32,000 nucleotides of DNA from an uncultured Candidatus Saccharimonas sp. (GTDB lineage Bacteria > Patescibacteriota > Saccharimonadia > Saccharimonadales > Saccharimonadaceae). A program made the position numbers and the translations under genes. Positions 17,981 through 25,792 of the stretch are shown in pieces. Positions within the stretch are counted from its first letter, which is position 1; each line of letters starts with the position of its first letter. Where the stretch lies: NCBI GenBank assembly GCA_963528875.1, contig CAURWT010000001.1, positions 180,001 through 212,000 on the forward strand, given 5' to 3'. The notes beneath the pieces were generated by a model. The model saw only the letters and a list, made by a program, of their open reading frames with translations. It was not told the DNA's origin and searched no databases.

Positions 17981-20681
17981 TCTTGTCTTTAATATTTTCG
18001 GGCTTCCAATTTCCTCCCAAAACTTTATCATAAAGACCTTTATTATTTAGTTCAATCTCTTTAAGCATTTTGCGAATTTCAGCACCTTGCACGGCATTGA
18101 GTTTTCCGTATTCTGAAGGGTTTTCGTTAATAGCCTTAACACTTTCGAGTGTGGATCTAATGGTTTCGTTCGACATATTCGAAATTGCTGATTTATCCCA
18201 AATGATTTTCATTGCGTCATTTGAAGCTTTAATGATTTTATCGTCTGAGACATTTTTAGCGTAATTGTCGTGAATGGCATTATAAACTTCTTTCGAATTC
18301 ATTCCATTTACGGCGATATTTTCAAGTGCTGCACCACCAATAAATTGAAGATCGTCTTTTTTGGTTTTCTTGAAAGCTTCAACCAAGTCGTTTCGGTTAG
18401 CGTTCAATTCTCCACCAATTTCAGTTTTACCAAGTGAATCGATAGCACCTTTTAAGTCGGTTGTTCCCATAAACTTCTCGGCTGTTGCAGCACGTAAGTT
18501 TTTAGTAATTTCGAAATCAATTCCATCTTTCTGGATTTTTTCACCCATATTTTTCGAAAAGATTTCACTATAATCATTGCCTGAAAAATTAAGCGATTTT
18601 GTAAGGTTTGTGAGTGATTCGACTTCTTCTTTGTTCTCTTTCGAAGCTGCTACTAAAGAACTTGCAAGCGCCGAGACTTTTCCAGCTTCACCACGCACGC
18701 CAGATGCGGTTTCGAGCAAGTCGTTGCTGTAGCGCATATTATTTGCCATTGCATTATTGAGTGAAAGATTATTATTCTTTTCAGCCAGTTTAAGAGCATT
18801 TGTTTGATTCATATTATCAACAAATCGAAGTGCTTGTTCGCCAAATTTCCCGCGTAAAGCTTTTAGTGATGCTTCGCTTAAATCAACAACACCGGTAATG
18901 TTTCCGTTTGCATCTTTTTTGAGTGTTGAATTAAATAATTCTGCTTTAATTTGTGAAAGCCCAGCATTTGTACTTGCGGTTGCACGATTAAGAGCTTCAG
19001 TTGCTAACATTTCCTGATATTGTGTATCTGAGTTTATTAAATGCTTTTTACGAGCATTATAATACATGTTCGAAAACGCATTCGAACCTTCTGGCATATT
19101 TTGAATTGCATCTCGTCTTTCATTTTCAAGCTCCGTAAAGCGTTCTTTTTGATATAATTCTGCAATTGATTTTGAAGCACCAATTCGACGTCGGCGGTTG
19201 TAGTTCATTTGACTAATTCGTACAGGTAGTGAATTTGGCTTTTCTGCAATTGCACGATTTCGATACATTTCTTGGTTTTCTGAAAGGAATTTCTTTGCAC
19301 GATCAACCGGACCTTTGTTTGGATTATTGATGATTCCAGCAAATTTACCAAGCAGACTACCGCTAATTCGCATAATTGTTGGCGTAATTGCTAGCGGCAC
19401 AACTTGTACTACGGCACCAAGTAAGAAAATTAAAAAGCTACCGTTCGAACTTGCAATAATTGTTGTTCCGATTAATTGCGAACCTCCAAAAAGAAGAGAA
19501 ATTAACGGATACATCACGAGCATCGTAGTAAATAAATCTTTCCATTTTTCGAACCATTTTTCAGTATTTGGCAAAATATTCGCCGCAAATGCAAGTGGCG
19601 CTAAGAAAACTAAAACAATAATAATTGCCTGTCGCGCGGCTAAAATTACTAAAGCTACAACCGCCGAATAAATTACCGCAACTAGTGCTCCAAGAATCAT
19701 CATTACTGCAGCACCAATATTACCCATAGTTGCAACCGTTACAGTGTAAGCGCCATAAGCCACCACGCCAGTTCCGCTCAAAACTGCAGCGGTCATATTT
19801 GACCAATCAAGATTAGCTGTTTTTATCTTATTTTCACCGCCATTATTAAAAATGCTATCTCTAATCCCAATCAAAAGATTTTGAGTTTGTGCGCCTAAAA
19901 TATTCGAAATATCAACTAAAATTGCACAAATATAATAAGAAACATTAATTAAAATTGCTGCAATAATTAGCTTTGGCAATAATTTCTTAATTCCATAATT
20001 ACTGATTCCAAAACCTGTTACTTGCGAATAAATTACAAAAACAAATCCAATCACAAAAAAGACGTTTGCAACATTTCGCATATAATCCCAAACTTGAAAA
20101 AGACCAGATTGATTAGATGTATAAAGTGGTTGAACTCGCAAAAATGCTTGGAGCCAGTCATAAATACCATCCATCCATTTCGAAATCGTATTAGCGACCA
20201 TACAAACCATCCAGCCACCGCCACCCTCAACACTACAAAGTGATTTATCTTCATTTTTCGAAACACCATCAACTTTAACATCTTGTGCTTCGCCGTTTTG
20301 TTTTACATTTCCAAGCGCACTTACATCAAATGAATAAATTTTTCCGCTTGAAGCATCATTCTCGTTTTCAAGAGCAATTACTGTTGTTTTATTTTCACCA
20401 GCATTTAATGAAGAATTTTCGGCATAAAGTTTTTTTGAACGAATTGATTCTGGGAATCTTGAAGTATCAGAAACTTTTGAATATGTTTTTCCGTTATATG
20501 TTATGCCATTTTTTGAAGAATCTGTCCATTTTGCTCCATCAATAGCAAGGGCGATATTCGAATTAAAAAATCCCAAGATTGCGACTACTGTAAAGATCGC
20601 GATGAAAAACACATTTCGAAAATCTTGAGTTTTTGCTTTTTTGAACCTCGCCAAAGTTTGCATATGACCTGATTTTATCAT
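17976..20681 (-). CDS. VirB6/TrbL-like polytopic T4SS channel protein with an N-terminal exposed domain and a long hydrophilic C-terminal half
   Basis: 901 aa. Signal/anchor segment, about 110-aa exposed region, then a block of at least 6 TM helices (aa ~150-450) of the kind seen in TrbL/VirB6, PrgH and TcpH-type proteins, then about 450 hydrophilic residues. The true start is probably Met7 (ATG at 20663) because a consensus promoter overlaps the first ATG. Confidence 0.8.
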   Translation of the reverse strand: MIKSGHMQTLARFKKAKTQDFRNVFFIAIFTVVAILGFFNSNIALAIDGAKWTDSSKNGITYNGKTYSKVSDTSRFPESIRSKKLYAENSSLNAGENKTTVIALENENDASSGKIYSFDVSALGNVKQNGEAQDVKVDGVSKNEDKSLCSVEGGGGWMVCMVANTISKWMDGIYDWLQAFLRVQPLYTSNQSGLFQVWDYMRNVANVFFVIGFVFVIYSQVTGFGISNYGIKKLLPKLIIAAILINVSYYICAILVDISNILGAQTQNLLIGIRDSIFNNGGENKIKTANLDWSNMTAAVLSGTGVVAYGAYTVTVATMGNIGAAVMMILGALVAVIYSAVVALVILAARQAIIIVLVFLAPLAFAANILPNTEKWFEKWKDLFTTMLVMYPLISLLFGGSQLIGTTIIASSNGSFLIFLLGAVVQVVPLAITPTIMRISGSLLGKFAGIINNPNKGPVDRAKKFLSENQEMYRNRAIAEKPNSLPVRISQMNYNRRRRIGASKSIAELYQKERFTELENERRDAIQNMPEGSNAFSNMYYNARKKHLINSDTQYQEMLATEALNRATASTNAGLSQIKAELFNSTLKKDANGNITGVVDLSEASLKALRGKFGEQALRFVDNMNQTNALKLAEKNNNLSLNNAMANNMRYSNDLLETASGVRGEAGKVSALASSLVAASKENKEEVESLTNLTKSLNFSGNDYSEIFSKNMGEKIQKDGIDFEITKNLRAATAEKFMGTTDLKGAIDSLGKTEIGGELNANRNDLVEAFKKTKKDDLQFIGGAALENIAVNGMNSKEVYNAIHDNYAKNVSDDKIIKASNDAMKIIWDKSAISNMSNETIRSTLESVKAINENPSEYGKLNAVQGAEIRKMLKEIELNNKGLYDKVLGGNWKPENIKDKK

Positions 20682-20700
20682 AATTTAACCCTTTTGTCAA
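20672..20700 (-). promoter_or_regulatory. Near-consensus promoter TTGACA-17-TGaTAAAAT for the VirB6-like gene
   Basis: On the minus strand: -35 TTGACA (20695-20700), 17-nt spacer, TG (20679-20680), -10 TAAAAT (20672-20677). The ATG at 20663 begins 9 nt after the -10, so the transcript would be nearly leaderless. Confidence 0.6.
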
Positions 20701-20768
20701 CCTTAAAATTAAGTTTTTAGAATAAAACACTTGCTTTTTCCCTAAAAATGGTTTAAAGTATAATTATC

Positions 20769-21218
20769 ATGGTAAACAAAATAAAAAATATAATAATAGT
20801 TGGGCTGATTTTGACAAGCTTTTTCGCGGCTTTTCAGAGTATTATTATTTCGAATTATGGCTCTAGCTATGCTTTTGCTGAAGAGCTTGTGGAGGATGGT
20901 AATGGAAATCTAACCACGCCAAATGGTAATAACGGTAAAAGTGGTGGATCTCCCGCTGAAGCAAAAACTGCAATTCTCCCTTCAGACTGGAAAATTGAAG
21001 ATATTTTAAATATGGTTTTAGTTGTAGTAACTACTGGCGTTGGAATTGCAGCAGTTGGCTCGATTGTCTTTGCTGGCGTTTTGTATATTACCGCTCGCGA
21101 TAATGCTGCACAAGTTTCGAAAGCTAAAACAATGATTATGAATACAATTATCGGTATTATAGCTTATATTTTAATGTGGGCGTTCTTAGAGTGGATTATT
21201 CCAGGAGGAATTTTATAA
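20769..21218 (+). CDS. VirB2/TrbC-like T4SS pilin paralog 1
   Basis: 149 aa. Signal peptide, variable region, then a two-helix hydrophobic core with a polar loop (AGVLYITARDNAAQVSKAKTMIMNTIIGIIAYIL) shared with the five following ORFs. Confidence 0.8.
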   Translation: MVNKIKNIIIVGLILTSFFAAFQSIIISNYGSSYAFAEELVEDGNGNLTTPNGNNGKSGGSPAEAKTAILPSDWKIEDILNMVLVVVTTGVGIAAVGSIVFAGVLYITARDNAAQVSKAKTMIMNTIIGIIAYILMWAFLEWIIPGGIL

Positions 21219-21646
21219 TGAAAAAGATTATTCTAGCGATTTTTATAACTTTTATGCCAGTTTTATATTTTTCGAATAGTGCTTATGCGGCTGGTTGTAA
21301 CGATAATCAAACTTTTTTCGGTCTCCCCGCTTGGTATCGTGGATTAACTAAATCTGGCGAAGGCGGATGCCAAATTAAAAATATTGGGCCGTCTGGAAAG
21401 GGTGAAGTTACTTTAGAACAGTTTGTCTGGACAGTGGTTGCGAATGTTATTGATATGGCCTTTCGAATTGCTGGTGTTGCTGCAATAGGATTCATTATTT
21501 ATGCAGGTTATCAATATATGATTGCTGTTGGTGACCCAGGAAAACTTGCAGGTGCTAAAAAATCACTAACTAATGCAATAATCGGACTAGTGATTGCGGT
21601 TCTTGCTTCAACAATAGTAACGTTTATATTAGGAATTTTAGGATAA
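21218..21646 (+). CDS. VirB2/TrbC-like T4SS pilin paralog 2
   Basis: I place the start at 21218 (MKKIILAIFITF...) rather than the track's 21176. AGGAGG lies upstream and there is a TAATG overlap with paralog 1. Cys pair (AAGC...GGC), then the core AGYQYMIAVGDPGKLAGAKKSLTNAIIGLVIAVL. Confidence 0.8.
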   Translation: MKKIILAIFITFMPVLYFSNSAYAAGCNDNQTFFGLPAWYRGLTKSGEGGCQIKNIGPSGKGEVTLEQFVWTVVANVIDMAFRIAGVAAIGFIIYAGYQYMIAVGDPGKLAGAKKSLTNAIIGLVIAVLASTIVTFILGILG

Positions 21647-21966
21647 TGAAAGAATATAGATTTTTAGCAGAAGCATCCTTTGATAAATCAAAAGTATTAA
21701 ACGGGATTGATACTTCAAATAAAAACAAAGCTAGCGATGCTTCGATGCAGAATGCTTTCAATACTGCTTTTATCTGGGCTGGAATTATCTGTGTAATTAT
21801 AATTATTGTGGCAGGATTAACATTTATAACGGCTGCCGGAAATCCAGGAACAATTTCGAAAGCAAAATCTGCACTAATTTACGCTTGTGTAGGTATTGTT
21901 GTAATCATATCAGCCGCACTAATTGTTAACTTAATTCTTGGCGGATTACTAACGGGGTCAATATAA
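21646..21966 (+). CDS. VirB2/TrbC-like T4SS pilin paralog 3 (no obvious signal peptide)
   Basis: 106 aa. TAATG overlap at 21644-21648. Hydrophilic N-terminus, then the core AGLTFITAAGNPGTISKAKSALIYACVGIVVII. Confidence 0.75.
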   Translation: MKEYRFLAEASFDKSKVLNGIDTSNKNKASDASMQNAFNTAFIWAGIICVIIIIVAGLTFITAAGNPGTISKAKSALIYACVGIVVIISAALIVNLILGGLLTGSI

Positions 21967-22514
21967 TGAAAAAAATAATTTTAATAAGTAGCATTTTATT
22001 CTCAATAATTCTATCACCTATTGCTTTTGCGGAAGGTGGAACTAATGGGACTAATGGTAGTGGAGGAACATTTAACGCTTGCAAACATGTTGTTTCTGGA
22101 AAGACTGCAGTTTGTTCTGGTGATTCAAAAAATGCTACAAATATTGCTAAAAATATAATCTCCATTTTCCTGTGGGTTGTTGGTATAGCGGCGGTTATTG
22201 TTATTATTTACGCGGGAATAACATTTGTAACAGCAGCTGGAAATCCATCAGCAATTGCTCGAGCCAAAACAATGATAATTTATGCTGTTATTGGTTTAGC
22301 AGTTGCAATTCTCTCTTATGCGATTGTTAATTTCGTTATTAACACTTCAAGTGGAAAAGGAGTTAATGGAGGACCATCTGGAAGCTCGGGCAATTCTAGT
22401 GAATCTAATAATTCAAGTGGCTCAACTAATACTGGATCACAAAGTAAAAACCAAAATGGTGAAAATAGTTCAGGACAAAGTTCAAGCGGTTCGAATAGCT
22501 CAAATAATAATTAA
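21966..22514 (+). CDS. VirB2/TrbC-like T4SS pilin paralog 4 with a S/N/G-rich C-terminal tail
   Basis: 182 aa. TAATG overlap at 21964-21968. Signal peptide, Cys pair (NACKHVVSGKTAVCSG), core AGITFVTAAGNPSAIARAKTMIIYAVIGLAVAILSYAIVNFVIN, then about 55 aa of S/N/G low complexity. Confidence 0.8.
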   Translation: MKKIILISSILFSIILSPIAFAEGGTNGTNGSGGTFNACKHVVSGKTAVCSGDSKNATNIAKNIISIFLWVVGIAAVIVIIYAGITFVTAAGNPSAIARAKTMIIYAVIGLAVAILSYAIVNFVINTSSGKGVNGGPSGSSGNSSESNNSSGSTNTGSQSKNQNGENSSGQSSSGSNSSNNN

Positions 22515-22534
22515 AACAATATAAGGAGAATAAA

Positions 22535-22924
22535 ATGAAGAAAATTTTAATAGCTTTTGGATTAATTCTTGCGGTGACTGGCTCTTTTGCCTTCAATGCT
22601 GGATTTTTCGAAAAACAAGCTTATGCAAATAGTGCAGCAGATTTAATTAAACAAGGTGCAGATTCAACAGGCCAACAAGATACTCGTTCAGCTGGTGATA
22701 TTGCTAAAGATGTTGTAAATATAATGTTCTTTATCATTGGTGTTATGGCGGTTATTATGATTATTTGGGGTGGAATTCGATATGTTCTTTCAGCTGGAAA
22801 TAGTGCTGCTCTCACTAGTGCGAAAAATACAATCGTCTACTCTATTATAGGTTTAATTATCGCAATCCTCGCATACGCAATTGTGAACTTTGTTATTAAT
22901 ACTGTTGCAGGCGGCAATCGGTAA
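22535..22924 (+). CDS. VirB2/TrbC-like T4SS pilin paralog 5
   Basis: 129 aa. AAGGAG Shine-Dalgarno upstream. Signal peptide, then core GGIRYVLSAGNSAALTSAKNTIVYSIIGLIIAILAYAIVNFVIN. Confidence 0.8.
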   Translation: MKKILIAFGLILAVTGSFAFNAGFFEKQAYANSAADLIKQGADSTGQQDTRSAGDIAKDVVNIMFFIIGVMAVIMIIWGGIRYVLSAGNSAALTSAKNTIVYSIIGLIIAILAYAIVNFVINTVAGGNR

Positions 22925-22985
22925 TCATAAGACTTCAGATTTAAGTTTGTTAAGTTGAATGATGGATGGCTAATAATTAAAATAC

Positions 22986-23013
22986 TTGCAAAATAGTAAA
23001 AATTTGATATAAT
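22986..23013 (+). promoter_or_regulatory. Promoter TTGCAA-16-TGaTATAAT for pilin paralog 6
   Basis: -35 TTGCAA (22986-22991), TG (23005-23006), -10 TATAAT (23008-23013). Confidence 0.55.
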
Positions 23014-23052
23014 TTAGGTATATATAATTTAAGAAAGGAAATGTAATTTAAA

Positions 23053-23469
23053 ATGAAAAATATTGTAAAAATGGCTCTATTGACCGCTGCGACAATATTC
23101 ACTGTTGGTGCTACTACACTTGTAACAATTCCAGCTTACGCTGCTGATTGTAAGGTTACTGGTGGTTTGAAATCTGCTGATAGCTGTGCTAAAGGTGTTC
23201 AAGAAGAAAATGGTGGTCCAACAAGCTTGTTTGATGGCGACTCTCCAATTTTCACGACTGCAATCAATATTATGTTATTTATAATTGGTATTCTTAGCGT
23301 GATTATGCTTATTTATGGTGGTATTCGCTATGTGCTTTCGAGTGGTGATGCTGGTGCTGTTCAAAACGCTAAAAATACAATTATGTATGCTATTATTGGT
23401 CTTGTAATTGCAATCCTTGCTTACGCAATTGTTAACTTCGTTATTCATTCGATTACTAATAAAGAATAA
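23053..23469 (+). CDS. VirB2/TrbC-like T4SS pilin paralog 6 (own promoter and terminator)
   Basis: 138 aa. Signal peptide (..IPAYA/AD), Cys pair (ADCKVTGGLKSADSC), core GGIRYVLSSGDAGAVQNAKNTIMYAIIGLVIAILAYAIVNFVIH. Confidence 0.8.
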   Translation: MKNIVKMALLTAATIFTVGATTLVTIPAYAADCKVTGGLKSADSCAKGVQEENGGPTSLFDGDSPIFTTAINIMLFIIGILSVIMLIYGGIRYVLSSGDAGAVQNAKNTIMYAIIGLVIAILAYAIVNFVIHSITNKE

Positions 23470-23483
23470 TAAAATAAATAAAA

Positions 23484-23509
23484 AGACTTCATTTTGCAGA
23501 GGTCTTTTT
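23484..23509 (+). terminator. Rho-independent terminator after pilin paralog 6
   Basis: Stem agacttc (23484-23490) / gaggtct (23499-23505), with one G-U pair, followed by a T-run. Confidence 0.6.
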
Positions 23510-23562
23510 ATTTATTCGAAAATTTGTAAATTTTAAAAAATAAACTGATATAATAAAAATCC

Positions 23563-23578
23563 CGAAGTTTATACTTCG
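23563..23578. terminator. Small hairpin downstream of hsp20
   Basis: cgaagt (23563-23568) / acttcg (23573-23578) with a 4-nt loop. T-rich flanks on both strands. Confidence 0.35.
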
Positions 23579-23592
23579 AGAATTTTATTTTT

Positions 23593-24060
23593 CTACAGAA
23601 CTTTAATTCGTGTTGCTTGAGTTTTAACCTTTGTAAAGCTGATTGTTAAAATTCCATCTTTCAACATTGCTTCAACTTCATCTTCTTTGATCGGAACTGG
23701 AAGAGTTAGTGTTCGGCTAAATTCTCCCCAGTAGCATTCTTGTGCATGATGAGCGATAATTCCCTCTTGATCACCAGGATTTAGACTTCCGCTAATCGTT
23801 AAAGTTCCATCTGAAAGTGAAACATCCAAGTCATTTTTATTCACACCCGCAGTTCGTGCTTTAACAAAAAGCTTATCTTCTGTTTCATAAACATCAACAG
23901 CTAATTGACCAGGAAGTTCATTTTCTTCTTCCGCAATTTCAATTTGTTCAGATCCGCTGAAAGCTTCGTTTTCTGAAGTTTCCATCAAATCATCCCCAAA
24001 ATTGAAAGCAGCTTCCAATTCATCATTCAAAAAGCTATCATCATTTTGTCTTCTAGCCAT
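23593..24060 (-). CDS. Hsp20/alpha-crystallin family small heat-shock protein
   Basis: 155 aa. LAVDVYETEDKLFVKARTAGVNKNDLDVSLSDGTLTISG...GILTISF is the alpha-crystallin domain pattern. Strong GGAGGAAAA Shine-Dalgarno before the ATG. Confidence 0.92.
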   Translation of the reverse strand: MARRQNDDSFLNDELEAAFNFGDDLMETSENEAFSGSEQIEIAEEENELPGQLAVDVYETEDKLFVKARTAGVNKNDLDVSLSDGTLTISGSLNPGDQEGIIAHHAQECYWGEFSRTLTLPVPIKEDEVEAMLKDGILTISFTKVKTQATRIKVL

Positions 24061-24151
24061 TTTTCCTCCGCATTAAATTTCCTAAATAAGATTAATTTAC
24101 TTTATTATACCGCACTTTTATTATATAATCAAGAGGTAGAAACGATTTTTT

Positions 24152-24805
24152 ATGAAGAAAAGCATATACGAAATAATTTTAAATTCTTTCGCACCAGATG
24201 AGTGTTATTTTTGCCAAAAATTAGGCGAACCTATTTGCAAAAAATGCCTTGAATCAAGGTGTAATTTTGGTAATTCCCTTTCTCGCTCGAATAGTATTAT
24301 CTCGAAAGAATTTTATCTTTCGAAAAGGTCTGGAGAGCTTCAAAAAATAGTTGATGAATTTAAATTTCAAAGCAAGAGGCAGAATACTTATTATCTCGCA
24401 AAACTTTTATCTGATTTTCTGCTTTCGAATAGCGAATTTATTAATAATCGTGAAAAATTAGTTTTAATTCCTGTTCCAACACTTTCGAACCACATTCGTG
24501 AACGTGGTTTAGATCATACTGAGCTTTTGGCTCGTCAGCTTGCAGAGAATCTAAAAATTGAAAAATCAACATTAATTAAAAGAATAGCAAAAACTACACA
24601 ACGTGGCAAAAATTTTAAAACGCGACAAATTCAGGCAAAAAGTAGTTATGAGTTTACGGGAGAAAAGCTTTCGAAAGATAAAATTTATGTAATTTTTGAT
24701 GATATTCGTACAACTGGTGCAACTTTAAATTCGATCGCAAACCTCCTCCATCAAAACGGTGCAAAAGAAATTTGGGCGTTTTATTTACTTCAGCAAGAAA
24801 AATAA
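24152..24805 (+). CDS. comFC: ComF-family protein (ComFC-like phosphoribosyltransferase-fold competence protein)
   Basis: 217 aa. N-terminal 4-Cys cluster (C..C...C..C) and C-terminal PRTase motif VIFDDIRTTGATL. Confidence 0.85.
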   Translation: MKKSIYEIILNSFAPDECYFCQKLGEPICKKCLESRCNFGNSLSRSNSIISKEFYLSKRSGELQKIVDEFKFQSKRQNTYYLAKLLSDFLLSNSEFINNREKLVLIPVPTLSNHIRERGLDHTELLARQLAENLKIEKSTLIKRIAKTTQRGKNFKTRQIQAKSSYEFTGEKLSKDKIYVIFDDIRTTGATLNSIANLLHQNGAKEIWAFYLLQQEK

Positions 24806-24806
24806 C

Positions 24807-24835
24807 TTGAGAATTCAAAAAAAATGTGATATAAT
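24807..24835 (+). promoter_or_regulatory. Promoter TTGAGA-17-TGaTATAAT for tRNA-Ser(UGA)
   Basis: -35 at 24807-24812, TG at 24827-24828, -10 at 24830-24835. The tRNA starts at 24847. Confidence 0.55.
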
Positions 24836-24846
24836 GGAAAATATCT

Positions 24847-24936
24847 GGAGAGGTGGCCGAGTGGTTGAAGGCACCGGTCTTGAAAACCGGCATGCGGTAA
24901 AACGTATCGAGGGTTCGAATCCCTCCTTCTCCGCCA
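24847..24936 (+). tRNA. tRNA-Ser (anticodon UGA), CCA encoded
   Basis: Folded by hand. Acceptor GGAGAGG/CTTCTCC, anticodon stem CCGGT/ACCGG with loop CTTGAAA, long variable arm, T-arm GAGGG-TTCGAAT-CCCTC, then G-CCA. Confidence 0.93.
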
Positions 24937-24944
24937 AAATAGGT

Positions 24945-24970
24945 AATTCTGCTTAACGGCAGGATTTTCT
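24945..24970 (+). terminator. Hairpin after tRNA-Ser(UGA)
   Basis: aattctgc (24945-24952) / gcaggatt (24959-24966), with one G-U pair, then T-rich sequence. Confidence 0.4.
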
Positions 24971-24987
24971 ATTTTAATAGAGATTTT

Positions 24988-25016
24988 TTGAATTTTTAAA
25001 TAGCTTATGGTATAAT
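24988..25016 (+). promoter_or_regulatory. Promoter TTGAAT-17-TGgTATAAT; the downstream gene would be nearly leaderless
   Basis: -35 at 24988-24993, TG at 25008-25009, -10 at 25011-25016. The ATG at 25026 starts 10 nt after the -10. No Shine-Dalgarno. Confidence 0.5.
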
Positions 25017-25025
25017 TAAAATATT

Positions 25026-25703
25026 ATGAATTTCGACAATGAAAACCGAAATGGCGTTCCTCGCGTAACGGGTTTGCCTGAATCACAATTTCGAACACCT
25101 GAGGCGGGTAGTTTTATGGCTGAAAACCCTAAAGAATCTACTGAGCCGGTTTTTGAAGAAGTTAAACCTTTTAATCCAGAAGAATATACACAAGTTCGTG
25201 AAGTTGAAAATAATCAATCGCCCACTGAAAATATTGCCGAAGAACGAGAAATTGTTAATTGGCAAGCTCAAGACTTAATAATTGGTGATAAAAATAAATC
25301 TTGGTATATTATATTTTCAATTATTATTTTAGCATTTTGTCTTTTTGCAATTTTGAACCAATCTTGGACTTTTCTTGCTTTAATTATAGTGTCAGCTATT
25401 GGAATTCTAACTCTTCGAAAATCAAACCACACTCAAATCATATCTTATAGTCTTTCGACGCACGGAGTTTATATGGGTGAAACTTTTCATTCCTATGGTG
25501 AATTTCGAGCTTTTGGTATTCGAAAAGAAACAAATACTTATGCTATTATTCTTTTGCCTAAAAAACGCTTTTCGCCCAGCACAATTATTTACTTCCCAAA
25601 GGAAAATGGTGAAAAAATCACAGATATTATTGGCGCTCGCCTACCGATGGAAGAAGTTAAGCTTGATTTAATCGATAAAATTATTCGAAAAATAAATCTT
25701 TAA
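25026..25703 (+). CDS. Hypothetical membrane protein (two TM helices followed by a small soluble domain)
   Basis: 225 aa. Acidic N-terminus, TM pair (WYIIFSIIILAFCLFAIL / WTFLALIIVSAIGILTL), and a C-terminal domain loosely reminiscent of bacterial PH-like domains. Confidence 0.7.
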   Translation: MNFDNENRNGVPRVTGLPESQFRTPEAGSFMAENPKESTEPVFEEVKPFNPEEYTQVREVENNQSPTENIAEEREIVNWQAQDLIIGDKNKSWYIIFSIIILAFCLFAILNQSWTFLALIIVSAIGILTLRKSNHTQIISYSLSTHGVYMGETFHSYGEFRAFGIRKETNTYAIILLPKKRFSPSTIIYFPKENGEKITDIIGARLPMEEVKLDLIDKIIRKINL

Positions 25704-25705
25704 TC

Positions 25706-25734
25706 TTGCAATATTTTAAAAAATGTGCTAAAAT
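25706..25734 (+). promoter_or_regulatory. Promoter TTGCAA-17-TGcTAAAAT for tRNA-Arg
   Basis: -35 at 25706-25711, TG at 25726-25727, -10 at 25729-25734. Implies a leader of about 50 nt before the tRNA. Confidence 0.55.
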
Positions 25735-25792
25735 TTAAATGTCTGCTTAGTGTGGAAGAACTTCAAAAGTTAGCTACTGAAAAGTAGCATAT

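Noticed and set aside
21176-21217. N-terminal 14-codon extension of pilin paralog 2 in the ORF track
   Set aside because: The ATG at 21218 is preceded by AGGAGG, gives a normal signal peptide (MKKIILAIF...) and forms the same TAATG overlap seen at the next two junctions.
22375-22514. S/N/G-rich tail of pilin paralog 4 and overlapping ORF 22303-22524 as a separate gene
   Set aside because: The tail is in frame with, and continuous with, the pilin core. The overlapping frame has no start context or motif.
8240-23469. Interpretation of the T4SS locus as an integrative conjugative element or plasmid remnant
   Set aside because: The window shows no relaxase, coupling protein, integrase, oriT-like repeat or flanking direct repeats. 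The locus abuts recF at the origin and shows the host-typical TTCGAA density. This cannot be fully excluded without the whole genome.
24759-24956. 65-aa ORF (and the analogous 27407-27604 ORF) containing WRGGRVVEG
   Set aside because: Both are simply translations across the two tRNA-Ser genes.
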